Shown here: positions 25,122-37,200 of the stretch, one piece after another | How the letters are laid out: the number at the start of each line of letters is the position of its first letter | Position numbering within the stretch: position 1 is the first letter of the stretch | Assembly: GCA_044226015.1 (NCBI GenBank) | Contig: JBGAHS010000009.1 | Span: 64,001 to 128,000, forward strand | Length of the DNA: 64,000 bases | Reading direction: 5' to 3' | From: Candidatus Obscuribacteraceae bacterium | GTDB taxonomy: Bacteria > Cyanobacteriota > Vampirovibrionia > Obscuribacterales > Obscuribacteraceae | Position numbers and translations under genes: made by a program | Notes under the pieces: generated by a model | The model's database searches: none | Told to the model about the DNA's origin: nothing | The model's input: the letters and a program-made list of their open reading frames with translations, nothing else

Positions 25122-28100
25122 TCATATTTCATTATTAGCGAGTCTTTCTTCTTCTTGCTCAACTGTGGGACGGCTCGGATTCTCAATCTTGTATCGTCCG
25201 CGCTTTATTCCCATGGTTTGCAAGATGATTGCATTCTTGAGTAGGCGAGCATAGGTGTTGCGTTTGTGGGAATCATTTGAAGATTTCAACTCTTTGATCA
25301 CTGAGAATTGTGATATCGCATATGGTATCGAGAATTCGCTCATTTGAGCACTTGTACCATCGTGCAGTTTCACGGTGTTAGTGTTACGCGCCGCCATACG
25401 CTCACCTGACCACTCGCCGGGTCTGATTGAACTCTTATCGCTGTGAAGTACAATCATCTCTCCTGTTCGAAGCTTGATATTTTGTTTTCCTCTGCGAATT
25501 AATATGTCGCCGTGTTTTTGATCATCGAGAGCCATAATAGAGAGTTTATTGCCATCATTTATCATGAAGGCAAGAGAACCTTTTCGGACTATGATTTTTG
25601 TATTTCCGCAGCTTGCTACGATGTCTTTGTTTCTATCTCCGAGCAAGAGGTTGTCTGCTTTGAGATGTCTTTCGATGAAAGCAATACCCGGTTGAACAAA
25701 GGCTACTGGTCTCATCGTTGTTGAATTTGCTGAAGCAATATCGCGATTTTTCTGCTTCAGGAATCGATTCTGTTTCCGATTAGTACCGACATCATCAGTC
25801 GCATCAGCAGCCCACTCGTCGCTAGTGTCATCCAGATACGCCAGTGTGAATGAGCCTGCTGTTCCTGTAGTTCCACCAAGCCCGGCACCGCCTCCGGTGC
25901 CAGGAGTTCCACCTCCGCCTCCTGCAGCTCCACCAGTGCCACCAGTTCCGGCAATACCAGCGGTAGGAGGCACCTGCTGCAGCACAGGATAGGTGCTGCC
26001 TGTTTTGATTGTGATGTTGCCACCGTTTCCAGAAAGACCGCCGTTTCCGCCGTTACCTCCATTGCCTGTTATGCCGCTCGCTGGCGCGGTTCCGCCATTT
26101 CCACCATTTCCTCCGTTGCCGGAATTTCCGCCGCTTGCCTGGATGAAATTTGTACCGAAGTTGGATGGGTTTTGTGAAACGTTGGCTGTACCTCCATTGC
26201 CTCCGATTCCGCCAGTACCGCCATTGCCACCATTGCCTCCTTTTCCTGTCGCCGCACCGGAGCCGCCAATCCCCCCGTTTCCAGCAACACCTCCTGCGCC
26301 ACCACGCACATCCCATAGCTGAGCTGCGACTGTTGCCGTCACGGTACCACCGACGGTGACTTTGCCACCCGCTCCGCCATTGCCGCCATTGCCACCATTA
26401 CCACCGTTGCCACCAAATACATTGCCGCCGCCATTGGCAGCAGTGGCTCCGCCTCCGCCATTTCCACCGAATGCGGTGATCTGTCCATTGATAGTTACTG
26501 CACCAGAACTTACAACGTTAAGTACACCTCCATTGCCACCAATTCCACCGTCGAGTCCGTTGCCTCCGTTCGAGCCATTGTTCAATAACGCGCTGAAGCT
26601 GGAGCCCACCCTTCCGGAATTGCTGCCACCGGTTCCACCGTTTGCATTTATGGTAGTCACGGTGACAGCACCTGCAGTTAGATTGATGCTGCCGCCATCT
26701 CCACCTGTTGGACTCGGTGATATAGCACCAACCGTTCCTACTTTAACGCCATTTCCATTAGAGCCTGAATTGCCTGAAACTGCTCCACTGTTGCCACCCG
26801 AAGCCGAAATCTTTGCGAAATTTACGCTTCCTGTGCCGCCGTTAAGGGTAACGCTTCCACCTTTTCCGCCATTGCCCGCATTGAGCAAAGCACCACCATT
26901 TCCTCCATTTCCAAACTGAGAACTTCCACCGTTGCCGCCGCCAACTAATAGGTTGCCACCCTTTCCACCATCTAATGCGATTGTGGGGGTACCTGAGATG
27001 CTGATGCCCGCAGCTGTGCTATTTATCGTCAGTGCTCCACCAGCACCGCCTGCACCTGCCTTGCCTGATGAACCACCGTTGCCACCAAGCCCACCGACTG
27101 CGTTGCCACCGTTGCCTCCGCTACCTGAGGCTGCATTGCCGCCACTGCCACCGTTGATCGTGATATTCGATGTGAGCTGGATGGCTCCTGTGCTTGCGGT
27201 GATTGTTACTGTGCCACCTGCTCCGCCGTCACTGGCGTTGCCACCATTGCCGCCGTTGCTGCCATTAGATGTAGCGGCAAGTCCGGCTCCACCTGCTCCA
27301 CCGTTGCCTGCTGTGGCTCCGTTTCCTCCACTTGCAGTAAGAATACCGAGTCCATTAGCCCCATTGGAGAGATTGCCAGCACTGAGAGTGATGCCACCGC
27401 CCTTGCCTCCGACTCCGCTTGATCCAGCGTTTGAGCCTGCGCTAGATATCAGTCCGTCTCCACCCGCACCGCCAGCGCTACCGACGCCAGCGTTGCCGCC
27501 GCTTACATCGATAGTGCCTGCGGGAGCGTTGACTATGCCCGCTGCTGTGTTCGATGCGGTCAGTGTGACACTACCGCCAGCACCGCCGTTTGTAGCGTTG
27601 CTGCCGGCACTCGACAAGCCCGCCTTTCCGGCTCCTGTTCCACTGCCAGCTGCACCGCCGCCGGCACCGTTCGCGCCGCTTCCACCCGTGGCGATGATGC
27701 TGAAGCTACCGGTGTTGAAAGTTATTCCTGTTGCAGAGCTATCAGTGACGCTTATGATGCCGCCATTTCCAGCAGTACCAGCCAAGCCTGCCTTTCCTGC
27801 GTTGCCACCATTACCTACGCCAACGTTGGCTGCAATAATTAGTCCACCTGAGCCGGCTGCACCTGCATTTCCGCCATTTCCGCCGTTTGCCGAGATGCTT
27901 TCGAGCAGTGTGCCCGCAGCAGAGCTGATTGTCAGTGTTCCGCCGGAACCTGCATTGCTGCCATTACCACCAGTTCCGCCGTTGCCACCAAGATTGGTTC
28001 CATTTGCACCGTTGCCTGCAGCACCTCCTTGTGCGCCGTTTGCGCCAGCAATATTGATGACTGAAGCGTTTCCTTGAGTTACTGAACCGCTGGCTGTCAG

Positions 28101-31100
28101 CGTTAAAGCTCCACCGGTTCCCGATAGTCCTGCGTTGCCACCATTACCGCCGTTGCCACCAACTCCGAGTCCTGTTGTCTGCCCCGCAGTGCCACCGATG
28201 CCGCCGATGCCGCCCTGACCGCCCTGGGCGGTGAAGCTTTGCAATGAGATGGTCACGCTTGTGAGGGTTAGTTTTCCTGCTGCGGTTCCTGCGCCACCAG
28301 AACCCGCATTGCCTCCACTACCAGCCTTGTATATTGAGTTGGCAACGTTGCCACCAAAGCCACCATTTCCGCCGAATCCACCTAGCATGGTGATGCTCGT
28401 TCCAGCTACTCCGAAAAGCATGCTGTTTGCGCTTGTTATGGTCAGAACTCCAGGTGCTGACGCTGCACCTCCATTGCCTCCCAGTCCACCGTTGGCGCCA
28501 AATAAAGCTAACTTACTTGCACCGCCTGCGCCACCAGCACCGCCGTTTGCACCAGACACGTCAATATTACAATTGATGTTGGCTATACTCGCAGTTCCAA
28601 GTCCAGTTAAGGTCACTGTGCCGGAAGCACCTGCACTTGCTCCAGCAGCGCCTGCGCCTCCTGCGCCGGCAGTGGCTGTTTGACCGGCAGCCATGCCACC
28701 GCCAGCACCGCCAGCGCCGCCCTTGCCACCCGCTCCGCCGAATGCACGCAGGAAGCTGTCCATGTTCAGTGAAACATTGCCTGCTGCAGCAGTCGCCAGT
28801 CCAGTAATAGAGATAGCCCCTGCTTTTCCGCCGATGCCACCGGCAGTACCATTAGCCCCATTGCCAGCTTTGCCGGTGGTTGTGTTGCCGCCAGCACCGC
28901 CAGCTCCACCTGCTCCACCAGCGCCACCCAGTACTGAGATAGTCTGTCCACCGGGTGCGGTTCCTCGGTTGCCAGTCGAGACCTGTCCAGCGACACCACT
29001 GATGGTGATAGTGCCTGCGGCAGCTCCGGCAGAGCTGGCTCCACCGGCACCACCAGCGCCACCACCTGTCAATCCATTGCCGCCAGCGCCTCCGGCGGCA
29101 CCAGTGCCTCCAGCACCGCCGTCAGCGGCTATGCTGAGTCCGCGGTTAGCGGCGCTTGGTCCTATGGCGATGCCGGCACTCTGCGATGTAGCTGTTAGTT
29201 TAACGAAGCCTGCAGTACCTCCTGTTGCTCCGCTTCCGCCCGCTCCACCGGCTGCGCCGATGAGAGTAGTGCTGGCACTTCCTGTGCCGCCCGCACCACC
29301 GGTGCCACCTCCACCGCCCGATACAGATATCGATGTCTGCCCGGCTGCGGAGTGCTGATAGCTCAAGGTCGCTCCGGTGACTGTCACGCTGCCGCCAGCA
29401 CCGCCTATCGCTCCCTTCCCGCCTGTGCCGCTCTTGCCCGCTGCCAACTCTGCTGACGCACTCGTTCCGACTCCTCCACCGGTACCGCCGGTGCCACCTG
29501 TCGCTAAGGCATCATCGAAGGCGACGGTGCCCGATGCGCCGGTGAGGGTGATGTTGCCGCCTTTGCCGCCGGCACCTCCAGCGCCTCCATTTCCTGACGC
29601 GCCTGAGTTTCCAAACTTGCTCAAAGACGACCCCTGTGCAGCGCCTCCTGTACCTCCGTTACCTCCAAAGGCCGAAGTTGCCGCTGATGTTGAAACGTGG
29701 GTGAGTGTGATGGCCGCCCCCGAGCTCGATGCGCTGATCGATATCGTTCCTCCGGCGCCACCTGCTCCACCGTTGCCGCCATTGCTCGAATTACCGGCAT
29801 TACCACCGGTGTTGCTTATGCCACCTGCGGCTCCGGCACCTCCAGCTCCACCGTTTCCGGCAAAGACAAAAATGATTGGAGTGACTACCGTCGATGTCGA
29901 AGCATCAAAGCTCTTTGAGCTTACAGTAATGCTGCCACCTGATGAGCCACTGCCCCCAGCCGCCGAGAGTCCAGCATTGCCAGCCGTGACTCCGTTAGCC
30001 CCTGCTCCACCGACGCCGCCTTTACCACCGTTCGCGCCTGTAGCGTTGATGTTACAGCTCGGTCCAAGCACTATGCTTGCTGTCGGTGCTGTGATGCTTA
30101 TTTTCCCGCCGAGACCTCCGTTAGATCCTGCGCTGCCGTTGCCTCCTAAACCGCCAAACTGAGAGCCGTCAGCTCCTACGAACAAGCTGGCTCCGCCGTT
30201 TGCTCCGGCACCGCCTGCGCCACCATTGGCGGATATTGAATTGGTCAAGCTGACGGTTGCACCTCCGGCATTGATTGTAATGAGCCCTGCTGCACCTCCG
30301 GCACCAGATGTTCCAGCAGCACCACCGTTCCCCGATTTGTTGAAACTTGAAAAGAGCCCATTGCCACCTGCGCTACCTGCTGAGCCTGCCCCGCCATTGG
30401 CCTGAGCCGCGTTGACCGTAATGTTTCCAGCGGATGCTGTTAATGTAATATTTCCAGCTTTGCCGCCAGCATTGCCTTTGCCTCCTGCACCACCAGCCCC
30501 GCCTGAGCTGTTCAAGGCTGTTTGAGAGTCTGTGCCACCATCTCCACCTGCACCTCCGGCGTTTCCTGCTGAACTGCCACCACTTGTGTTGAAGGTGGCA
30601 CTAGCAACTGTGCCAGATGAGATGCCGCTTGGTGCAGTAACTGCGATAGCTCCTCCGTTCCCGTTGAGTCCAAGTGAGCCTCCGCTACCGCCTTTTCCTC
30701 CACCTGCTCCATTGCCGCCTGCGCCTCCGCTGCCTCCTGTACCGAAGCTAATGCCTCCTACTGCGGATATGGCCAGCCCGACTGCTCCAGTGTTTACAAA
30801 GGATGCTTTGGAATTGATAGTCACGGTGCCACCATTTCCTGCATTGCCTGCGTTGCCTGAATTGCCCCCATTTCCACCGATTTTGGTGTTCGAATCGCCT
30901 CCAGTACCAGCACCCGAGAGGTTGCCGCTGTTTGCGCCGTCAGCAAGGAGGCTGAGCAGACCGCTTCCCGCCGTTGGAGCATAGTCGATGTCGTTAGCCG
31001 TCAGGGTTATTTTGCCACCTGCACCACCCGCGCCCGAAGCTCCAGAGTTTCCTCCATTGCCAGCGGTGATATTTGCACTTCCGGCGTTTCCACCCTGTCC

Positions 31101-34100
31101 AGCATTACCGCCAACGCCACCACTAGCGGAGAAGGCACCTGCAAATACTCCATTCTTGTTTCCAGTCAGAGTTAACTTTCCTGCTGTGTCGGTGATTGTG
31201 ATGCTGCCGCCTATTCCGCCTATGCCGCCTGCTGCTCCGATGCCACCAGCGCCTCCATTCAAGCCGAACTTATTAACTGCTCCGCTTCCGCCGGCAGCTC
31301 CGTTCCCTCCGCCGCCTCCTGCGCCGCCGCTAGTCACTATAGAAGCCAGATTTGAAGCTCCTGCAGCGCTAACTGTGACGCTGCCGCCTTTCCCACCATT
31401 GCCGCCTTTTCCACCATTTCCGCCAAATCCGCCGCTTCCTATGCCATTCGCATTTGCGCCAGTTCCTCCTGAGCCACCAGTGCTGCCGTTTCCACCCGCT
31501 GTCAGAAAGGTTGCGTTTGAAACTGCAGCGGAGTTCACGCTGAGACCTGTCAGGGAGATGATGCCTCCGTCTCCACCGTTAGCGCCCGTCCCCCCAGCAC
31601 CTCCGTTGCCGCCAGCAGCAGCTGTGGCAGAGGTGCTGAAACCACCATTAGTGCCAGCTCCGGCGTTGCCCCCCGAAGCATCGACGTTACGGTTCAGTGT
31701 GATAGTTCCGGCGCTAGATGCGTCGATGGAGATAGTTCCGCCCTTGCCTCCGGCACCTCCATTGCCACCTGTGCCACCATCTCCAGTGCGAGTCAGACCT
31801 AGACCACCTGCACCGGCAGCTCCCGCTGATGCACCTTGACCGCCCTTCGCAAGCAGTGTCGAAGCAAAGGTGACTGTTGGCGTAGTCGAACCAGTTGCTA
31901 CGGTGATGGTTATTTTTCCGCCGGACCCGCCGTTACCTGCAGAACCTCCCGAGCCTCCTTTACCACCCTGCCCGCTAGTGGATTGTCCGGCAAGTCCGCT
32001 CAGTCCTCCGAAAGAACCACCTCCTCCCGCAACATCTATGTCTGCGTTGGCAGTGATGGTTCCACCTGTGAGTGTGACGTTTCCACCTGAGCCTCCGTTG
32101 GCGAATTTAGCAATGCCACCGCCTGCGCCACCAGTGCCGCCAATACCCGATCCGGCAGCACCACCATTGCCACCTGTGCCACCGGTGTTGACGTTGGTTC
32201 CACCTACCGCTGACACGATACCCGATGTCGTAGTGCTGAGCGTCATGGACCCTGTTGGGTCTACGCTAATTGAAATGTTGCCGCCATTGCCATTGTTTCC
32301 GGTTGTAGCGCCGGCGCCGCCGTTGCCACCATTTGTGGTGCCAACTCCGCCGTCGCCTCCAAGTGCAGTAATCGAAAGCCCAGCAATGCCTCCGTCAGCA
32401 CGTAATGTCAGGTCAGTGGCTCCTCCCGGTGCAACTGAGGTTTTAGCTTTTAAGGTTACTGTTCCTCCGTTCCCTCCACTGCCAGAGCTGCCCGCATTGC
32501 CGCCTGCGCCACCAGCTCCTGCCGTACCTTGCCCTCCCGCACCAGCTGTCAACGCAACACCGCCAGCACCGCCACTGGCGTCAAGCTTAATTGTTGCGTA
32601 GCTAATTCCTGCCGTTGTGCTGGTCACAGAAATGCTGCCACCAAGCCCCCCAGCTCCGCCGGTGCCTGTAGAGCCACCGGCGCCACCAGAAGCTGTCGTC
32701 AATCCTGCTGCAGCGGACCCCACGATACCACCGACTCCGCCTGTGCTGTTGATATCATTAAAAAGGAATGCCGTGGATGAGCTGTTTATCGAAACAGTTC
32801 CACCCTTACCGCCCGCGCCGCCGCTACCTGAGGTACCCGCAGCACCTCCAATGAGTGTGGAATTGCCACCCAAGCCGCCTGCACCGCCTATGCCACCTTG
32901 ACCGCCCTGAGCGTTGAGGATACTGGTCTGCAGCAGCCCTGTGCCGTTCGTGATTGTGATGCTGCCGCCGGCTCCACCGAGACCACCGTTGCCTCCCGCG
33001 CCGCCAACTCCTCCGGCTTTCGTGCCCCCTGCCGCTCCAGCTCCTCCAGCTCCTCCCGTTCCGCCTGTACCACCGTTAGCTGACAAGACTCCGTTGAGAA
33101 CTGTTTGCGTCAGGTTTGTGGTGCCGGCGGAAATTGTGATTTTTCCACCTGCGCCGCCAATACCTCCTGCGAATCCGGCTTTTCCGGTCGCTCCCAGGTC
33201 ACCGACAGCGCCCGCACCGCCATCAGCCTGAATAAAGTTCGTGAAGCCGCCCGAATTGCTAATAGTTCCACCCACAGAATTTATCGTGATGGAACCACCT
33301 GCACCGCCGGTGCCACCAACCTTACCTGCGCTGAAAATACCGCTTCCGCCATTGGCTGAGAGTTGCAGTGCGGCTGTCGTACCCAGTCCAATTAATGCGC
33401 CAACATTATTTAGGTTGATTGTGCCTGCGTTTTGACCGACGCCACCAGATACAGTGATGGTGCCGTCTATGTTCATAGCCCCTGTGCCACCATTCAAATT
33501 TAAATTGGCACCTGGCGCTGCAATGGTTGCTAGTGTGGTTATGCCGCCATTTTGTGTTGCTCCGGCCTTGAAAGCACCTGTTACCAATCCCTTATCATTC
33601 ACCGTAACGGAACCTGTTGGGTCTGCACTTGTGGCATTGATTGCAGAGCCCACGACTGTACCGTTAGCATTTACATTGTTGATAATGATGCCGCCAGGAG
33701 CAATTATGTTGATATCACCAGCTTTTCCTGAGGTGCTGTTGGTTGTTATAATCGAGCCTGTCAGGTCAACTTTTCCTGTGTTCAAAGTGCCCCTGTAAGC
33801 GATGAGTGTGAGGGAGCCTCCGCTCAGTCCTTTTCCGCTGGAGGCTGTATTTATTGTCGCCCCTGCTGTAGTCGTGATGTCTCCACCGGCGGTGCTGCCG
33901 CCGCCGATGCCTGATCCTGGAGTTATTTTAACTAATTGTCCCGTGCCGATCTGGGAAGGGAATGTTGGAGTCGGAAGTGGGGCGATAACGTTAGCGCCAG
34001 CTACGATGGTTATTGGGAAGCCTTGCGAGTTTGCGCCACCTAGGTTGGTATCAAGTCCGAAGTTTCCAAGCACGACATTTTGAGTAGATATGATTGCCAG

Positions 34101-35096
34101 AGCTTCTCCCACACTCAGGCTACCCGTTAGAGTGATATTCCCTGAATTGAAAAACGTAGGGTCTTCGGCGATATTGAGATTTCCAAGCTGCAGATCAGCC
34201 GTTGCTGCAAGAACGTGAGCATTAGCTGCTGTCACATTCATCAGTCCCGTTAACTGGTTCACGTTAGCGAGAACATCTGCGCCATACGCATTCACATTCA
34301 TGACAGGTGTAACCCAGTTGCCGCCCAGAATATTCACGTTTCCAGCAGCACCATTGTTGGCAATATTTATGGCATTGACCGCAGTCATTGTTCCACCGAC
34401 AGAGTTCACTGTGAAGTTTGCACCCATGCCGTTAAGGTTTAAATTGTGCGCACTAGATATGGTGCCCTGATTGTTGATGATGTTTGCAAGGAGTGTGAGG
34501 CTCGTGTTGTTCAATGCTCCAGAGAAACCGGACAGCCCTCCGACTGGAAGTACGCTTGAAATAAGCCCGCCAGCTAGATTGCTTATTGTAGGAGCGCTAA
34601 GTGTTGCGGTGCTGGCGTTTGGATTAGTTGAAATCGCATAGAGAGTGCCTGCATTTCGAATCATTCCAGAAAATGTCAATGCACTACCACTGCTGTTGTC
34701 GCTTATTACCGTTACACCGTGAGGAACAACAAGTGAGGTGAGGCTTTGTGCCGCCAGCACCATCGACCCACCGTTTGCATTACCTAAATTGCCCAGAATG
34801 ATCGACTGGGTTCCTGAACTCAAAACCTGATTCACTGCCACTGCTTGGGCTGGCGTCAGCATCGAGCCTGGAACTATTGTCTTGGATTTTCCACCTTCGA
34901 CAATCGAAACCGAACTAATTGAATTGGGAACGAGAACCGTTTTCGCACTTGTGGACAGGTTTAATCGTGATGGAAGAGGCAGCTGATTAACTTCGGCTGC
35001 TAGTACTGGCACTGTTTGAGACACCATAAGCCCGCTAACCACGAGCTTGGAAACGAGGGGGGATGACTTTTTCCATGGTTTAATCTTTCGTGCCAT
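25122..35096 (-). CDS. Giant (~3320 aa) secreted glycine-rich adhesin-like protein (FHA-like beta-helix plus PGRS-like GGxGGx repeats) with an unclassified C-terminal domain
   Basis: Uninterrupted 10-kb ORF. Signal-like [17 protein letters not shown], an Asn/Thr/Ile-rich beta-helix-like N-region, dozens of GGxGGxGG tracts alternating with GG(S/T/N)(I/V)x(I/L)x strands, an acidic linker, and a ~200-aa globular C-terminus. Confidence 0.9.
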   Translation of the reverse strand: MARKIKPWKKSSPLVSKLVVSGLMVSQTVPVLAAEVNQLPLPSRLNLSTSAKTVLVPNSISSVSIVEGGKSKTIVPGSMLTPAQAVAVNQVLSSGTQSIILGNLGNANGGSMVLAAQSLTSLVVPHGVTVISDNSSGSALTFSGMIRNAGTLYAISTNPNASTATLSAPTISNLAGGLISSVLPVGGLSGFSGALNNTSLTLLANIINNQGTISSAHNLNLNGMGANFTVNSVGGTMTAVNAINIANNGAAGNVNILGGNWVTPVMNVNAYGADVLANVNQLTGLMNVTAANAHVLAATADLQLGNLNIAEDPTFFNSGNITLTGSLSVGEALAIISTQNVVLGNFGLDTNLGGANSQGFPITIVAGANVIAPLPTPTFPSQIGTGQLVKITPGSGIGGGSTAGGDITTTAGATINTASSGKGLSGGSLTLIAYRGTLNTGKVDLTGSIITTNSTSGKAGDINIIAPGGIIINNVNANGTVVGSAINATSADPTGSVTVNDKGLVTGAFKAGATQNGGITTLATIAAPGANLNLNGGTGAMNIDGTITVSGGVGQNAGTINLNNVGALIGLGTTAALQLSANGGSGIFSAGKVGGTGGAGGSITINSVGGTISNSGGFTNFIQADGGAGAVGDLGATGKAGFAGGIGGAGGKITISAGTTNLTQTVLNGVLSANGGTGGTGGAGGAGAAGGTKAGGVGGAGGNGGLGGAGGSITITNGTGLLQTSILNAQGGQGGIGGAGGLGGNSTLIGGAAGTSGSGGAGGKGGTVSINSSSTAFLFNDINSTGGVGGIVGSAAAGLTTASGGAGGSTGTGGAGGLGGSISVTSTTAGISYATIKLDASGGAGGVALTAGAGGQGTAGAGGAGGNAGSSGSGGNGGTVTLKAKTSVAPGGATDLTLRADGGIAGLSITALGGDGGVGTTNGGNGGAGATTGNNGNGGNISISVDPTGSMTLSTTTSGIVSAVGGTNVNTGGTGGNGGAAGSGIGGTGGAGGGIAKFANGGSGGNVTLTGGTITANADIDVAGGGGSFGGLSGLAGQSTSGQGGKGGSGGSAGNGGSGGKITITVATGSTTPTVTFASTLLAKGGQGASAGAAGAGGLGLTRTGDGGTGGNGGAGGKGGTISIDASSAGTITLNRNVDASGGNAGAGTNGGFSTSATAAAGGNGGAGGTGANGGDGGIISLTGLSVNSAAVSNATFLTAGGNGSTGGSGGTGANANGIGSGGFGGNGGKGGNGGKGGSVTVSAAGASNLASIVTSGGAGGGGGNGAAGGSGAVNKFGLNGGAGGIGAAGGIGGIGGSITITDTAGKLTLTGNKNGVFAGAFSASGGVGGNAGQGGNAGSANITAGNGGNSGASGAGGAGGKITLTANDIDYAPTAGSGLLSLLADGANSGNLSGAGTGGDSNTKIGGNGGNSGNAGNAGNGGTVTINSKASFVNTGAVGLAISAVGGISFGTGGSGGAGGNGAGGGKGGSGGSLGLNGNGGAIAVTAPSGISSGTVASATFNTSGGSSAGNAGGAGGDGGTDSQTALNSSGGAGGAGGKGNAGGKAGNITLTASAGNITVNAAQANGGAGSAGSAGGNGLFSSFNKSGNGGAAGTSGAGGAAGLITINAGGATVSLTNSISANGGAGGAGANGGASLFVGADGSQFGGLGGNGSAGSNGGLGGKISITAPTASIVLGPSCNINATGANGGKGGVGGAGANGVTAGNAGLSAAGGSGSSGGSITVSSKSFDASTSTVVTPIIFVFAGNGGAGGAGAAGGISNTGGNAGNSSNGGNGGAGGAGGTISISASSSGAAITLTHVSTSAATSAFGGNGGTGGAAQGSSLSKFGNSGASGNGGAGGAGGKGGNITLTGASGTVAFDDALATGGTGGTGGGVGTSASAELAAGKSGTGGKGAIGGAGGSVTVTGATLSYQHSAAGQTSISVSGGGGGTGGAGGTGSASTTLIGAAGGAGGSGATGGTAGFVKLTATSQSAGIAIGPSAANRGLSIAADGGAGGTGAAGGAGGNGLTGGGAGGAGGASSAGAAAGTITISGVAGQVSTGNRGTAPGGQTISVLGGAGGAGGAGGAGGNTTTGKAGNGANGTAGGIGGKAGAISITGLATAAAGNVSLNMDSFLRAFGGAGGKGGAGGAGGGMAAGQTATAGAGGAGAAGASAGASGTVTLTGLGTASIANINCNIDVSGANGGAGGAGGASKLALFGANGGLGGNGGAASAPGVLTITSANSMLFGVAGTSITMLGGFGGNGGFGGNVANSIYKAGSGGNAGSGGAGTAAGKLTLTSVTISLQSFTAQGGQGGIGGIGGTAGQTTGLGVGGNGGNGGNAGLSGTGGALTLTASGSVTQGNASVINIAGANGAQGGAAGNGANGTNLGGNGGTGGNGSNAGSGGTLTISSAAGTLLESISANGGNGGNAGAAGSGGLIIAANVGVGNGGNAGKAGLAGTAGNGGIISVTDSSATGITFNTGSFSIIATGGSGANGAGGGAAGSGTGAGKAGLSSAGSNATNGGAGGSVTLTASNTAAGIVNAPAGTIDVSGGNAGVGSAGGAGGDGLISSAGSNAGSSGVGGKGGGITLSAGNLSNGANGLGILTASGGNGATAGNGGAGGAGLAATSNGSNGGNGGNASDGGAGGTVTITASTGAIQLTSNITINGGSGGNAASGSGGNGGNAVGGLGGNGGSSGKAGAGGAGGALTINSTAAGISISGTPTIALDGGKGGNLLVGGGNGGSSQFGNGGNGGALLNAGNGGKGGSVTLNGGTGSVNFAKISASGGNSGAVSGNSGSNGNGVKVGTVGAISPSPTGGDGGSINLTAGAVTVTTINANGGTGGSNSGRVGSSFSALLNNGSNGGNGLDGGIGGNGGVLNVVSSGAVTINGQITAFGGNGGGGATAANGGGNVFGGNGGNGGNGGNGGAGGKVTVGGTVTATVAAQLWDVRGGAGGVAGNGGIGGSGAATGKGGNGGNGGTGGIGGNGGTANVSQNPSNFGTNFIQASGGNSGNGGNGGNGGTAPASGITGNGGNGGNGGLSGNGGNITIKTGSTYPVLQQVPPTAGIAGTGGTGGAAGGGGGTPGTGGGAGLGGTTGTAGSFTLAYLDDTSDEWAADATDDVGTNRKQNRFLKQKNRDIASANSTTMRPVAFVQPGIAFIERHLKADNLLLGDRNKDIVASCGNTKIIVRKGSLAFMINDGNKLSIMALDDQKHGDILIRRGKQNIKLRTGEMIVLHSDKSSIRPGEWSGERMAARNTNTVKLHDGTSAQMSEFSIPYAISQFSVIKELKSSNDSHKRNTYARLLKNAIILQTMGIKRGRYKIENPSRPTVEQEEERLANNEI

Positions 35097-35601
35097 GCAA
35101 CTAACCTCCAACTGGGGGGAATTTTGAGTCAGCGCCAACTGACTTCCGATGAGAGTGCGGAATATCGAATAAAAGTTACATACCCGCTGTTGGAGACTGT
35201 CTACGCAGCTATTAAAAAGAATCGCTATCTTTTGTAATGTCGCTTACCTTTTTTGAGGTGAAGACATCCAAACACTAATTCCAGCAGGGGTTTTAGGGAT
35301 CTGCTCGTGACTCTGATGATCCACAAGGAAAGAGAAAAGTCGCCGACATCCCCCTCGTAAGTTAACTGAATCTGGCGCCCGCTGACACACGCGGAGCCTG
35401 CGACATCTTGGTCGGATCCGGCGCCACCCTGCTTGGATCCCCCTGCTGAGATTCTGTCCAATCGTGCTCAGATTCTCAGGCGGCTGATAATTCACCGACA
35501 GCTAATCCCGACGGTCTGTTCGCATTCACTGTGCGCGAAATTCTTGCGGGAAGCTCCGGGATTTCCTTAGTGTAATTACGATGCTACAGTCCACTTCGCG
35601 G

Positions 35602-37074
35602 TTATTTTGGCTGAATGCTTGCAGTGTTTTTTCTCAATCTAGGAAGAACTTTCTTTCCATATACCAGCACTGATATCAGCATCAAAATCTGTGCTAAGCA
35701 GAGCCCAAATCCAATTCCCTCCAATTTTGATGGACGTAGATGGTTCAGGTGAGCTGAAAATTGGTATTTTCCGAAGACTTGAAAAAAGTAGTTCATAATC
35801 ATGGGAATTTTGATTAGACCGGCACCTTCGAGAGCTGCAACTAACGTCGATGATGCGGCAGATAGAGGCAATAGTATCACTGACGGTGCCAGGAATTGAT
35901 TCGTTAACAAAGCTATCTCCGCTCTTGAACAAAGCCTGTTGGCGATAAATTCTGCATTGAGCGTAAGCATCGTTCCTATGATTAGCATTGCCGTTACGGC
36001 TAAAACGAGTGCAAGCTGTACGATTTTACCCGCTCGCTCAGTCATTTTTGCGCCCAGGCTTTGCCCCACCAGGACAGCTGTGGATGAGCTAAATGCAATA
36101 AGAGGAATCAGAGCTATCAGTTCCTCAATCTTAAGCTTTACTGTCCATGCTGCTTGCAAGGCTTCGGACTGCGGAAGCTCGCTTAGCATCCTATAAATTA
36201 GAAGCTGCGAAAATACCATCGCAAGTTCAGAGAGAATGGCTGGAATTCCCAGATCTAATAGCTCTTTCATTGCTTCTTTCTTTATTTGCGCGGTTTCAGA
36301 GACAGAATTGGGCTCTCTTGCAAGCTTTGAAATTGAGCGGCGATATTCACAATAGCCAAGCAAACAGCCGGCACTTGCACCGATAATCCAGGAATAGGCC
36401 AGGGCGAAAAGGCTATGGATGGACATCAGAAAAAAGAAGACAAAGCAGAGCACATTAGAAGTGAGAGCCGTAATAATCAAAATCGATGCTGACCTCTTTG
36501 TCTCGCCCTGTGCCCTGAAAATTGCTGCAAAGCAAAGTGATAAAACGAACGGCAAATTTGCAAGAGAGCTATATTTGGCATATGGGACCGCAAGCAGAAG
36601 GACATCATTTTTTGCGCCCATGCTTTTCAAAATTGGTTCGGCAAGACAAAATCCCACAAGGGTTGCGATGCTACCGAGTATGGTGGCAACGAGCAGGCTC
36701 TTTTGAGAATACTCTACAACAGCGCGATAGTTCCTGGCACCTGTGAATCTTGATACAAAGGCGCTGCATGCTGTTGAGATACCCGTTCCTAGTACTATGA
36801 CTAAGAATATAAGCTGGTCTCCGAGTCCAACAGCTGCTTGCGCAGCGCTACCAATTTTTCCTGCTACATACATGTCTAGGAGCCCAACAGTCGAACTGAT
36901 TCCCATTGCTAATGCCAATGGAAAAAATAGCTGCCAGATAGCTTGTGGAATCGGAGTTTCGTTCAGATTCAGTGCTGAGTGACCGGACTTTCTTTTTCTT
37001 CTTCTTTTTTCGGAGTCTATTACTCTTACGCTTTGATAAGAGATTTCTTTAATAGCGTCAACAATTTCGACCAT
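35602..37074 (-). CDS. MATE family efflux transporter
   Basis: PIPQAIWQLFFPL..LLDMYVAGKIGSAAQAAVG, VSRFTGAR, IFRAQGETK, LVGQSLGAK, and two 6-TM halves. Start uncertain. Confidence 0.92.
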   Translation of the reverse strand: MVEIVDAIKEISYQSVRVIDSEKRRRKRKSGHSALNLNETPIPQAIWQLFFPLALAMGISSTVGLLDMYVAGKIGSAAQAAVGLGDQLIFLVIVLGTGISTACSAFVSRFTGARNYRAVVEYSQKSLLVATILGSIATLVGFCLAEPILKSMGAKNDVLLLAVPYAKYSSLANLPFVLSLCFAAIFRAQGETKRSASILIITALTSNVLCFVFFFLMSIHSLFALAYSWIIGASAGCLLGYCEYRRSISKLAREPNSVSETAQIKKEAMKELLDLGIPAILSELAMVFSQLLIYRMLSELPQSEALQAAWTVKLKIEELIALIPLIAFSSSTAVLVGQSLGAKMTERAGKIVQLALVLAVTAMLIIGTMLTLNAEFIANRLCSRAEIALLTNQFLAPSVILLPLSAASSTLVAALEGAGLIKIPMIMNYFFQVFGKYQFSAHLNHLRPSKLEGIGFGLCLAQILMLISVLVYGKKVLPRLRKNTASIQPK

Positions 37075-37116
37075 AGCAAAGACCTTTTCGCCAAACCTGA
37101 ACGATGCTCGGTTTGT

Positions 37117-37194
37117 TACAACTTTTGTACGTGGTAACGATACCACGAAGGTTCGTGGTATTTAATTAAATGTGTACCACTAAGTCTCGTGGTA
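37117..37194. promoter_or_regulatory. Three palindromic operators TACCAC-N8-GTGGTA between divergent genes
   Basis: TACAAC-TTTTGTAC-GTGGTA (37117-36), TACCAC-GAAGGTTC-GTGGTA (37141-60), TACCAC-TAAGTCTC-GTGGTA (37175-94). Confidence 0.8.
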
Positions 37195-37200
37195 ACATGG

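Noticed and set aside
25860..33440. Raised GC as evidence of a horizontally acquired island
   Set aside because: It is explained by Gly/Ala codon content. No integrase, tRNA or flanking direct repeats were seen.
25993..34083. Many long Pro-rich + strand ORFs
   Set aside because: They are antisense shadows of the Gly-rich gene (GGN codons read as NCC/CCN) and are fragmented by stops.
35495..35510. CCGACAGCTAATCCCG resembling the 3' end of the c-di-AMP (ydaO) riboswitch
   Set aside because: It is on the + strand with no + strand gene downstream (MATE is convergent), and the conserved 5' GGGGGAA and GGGGUGAAU elements are not convincingly present.
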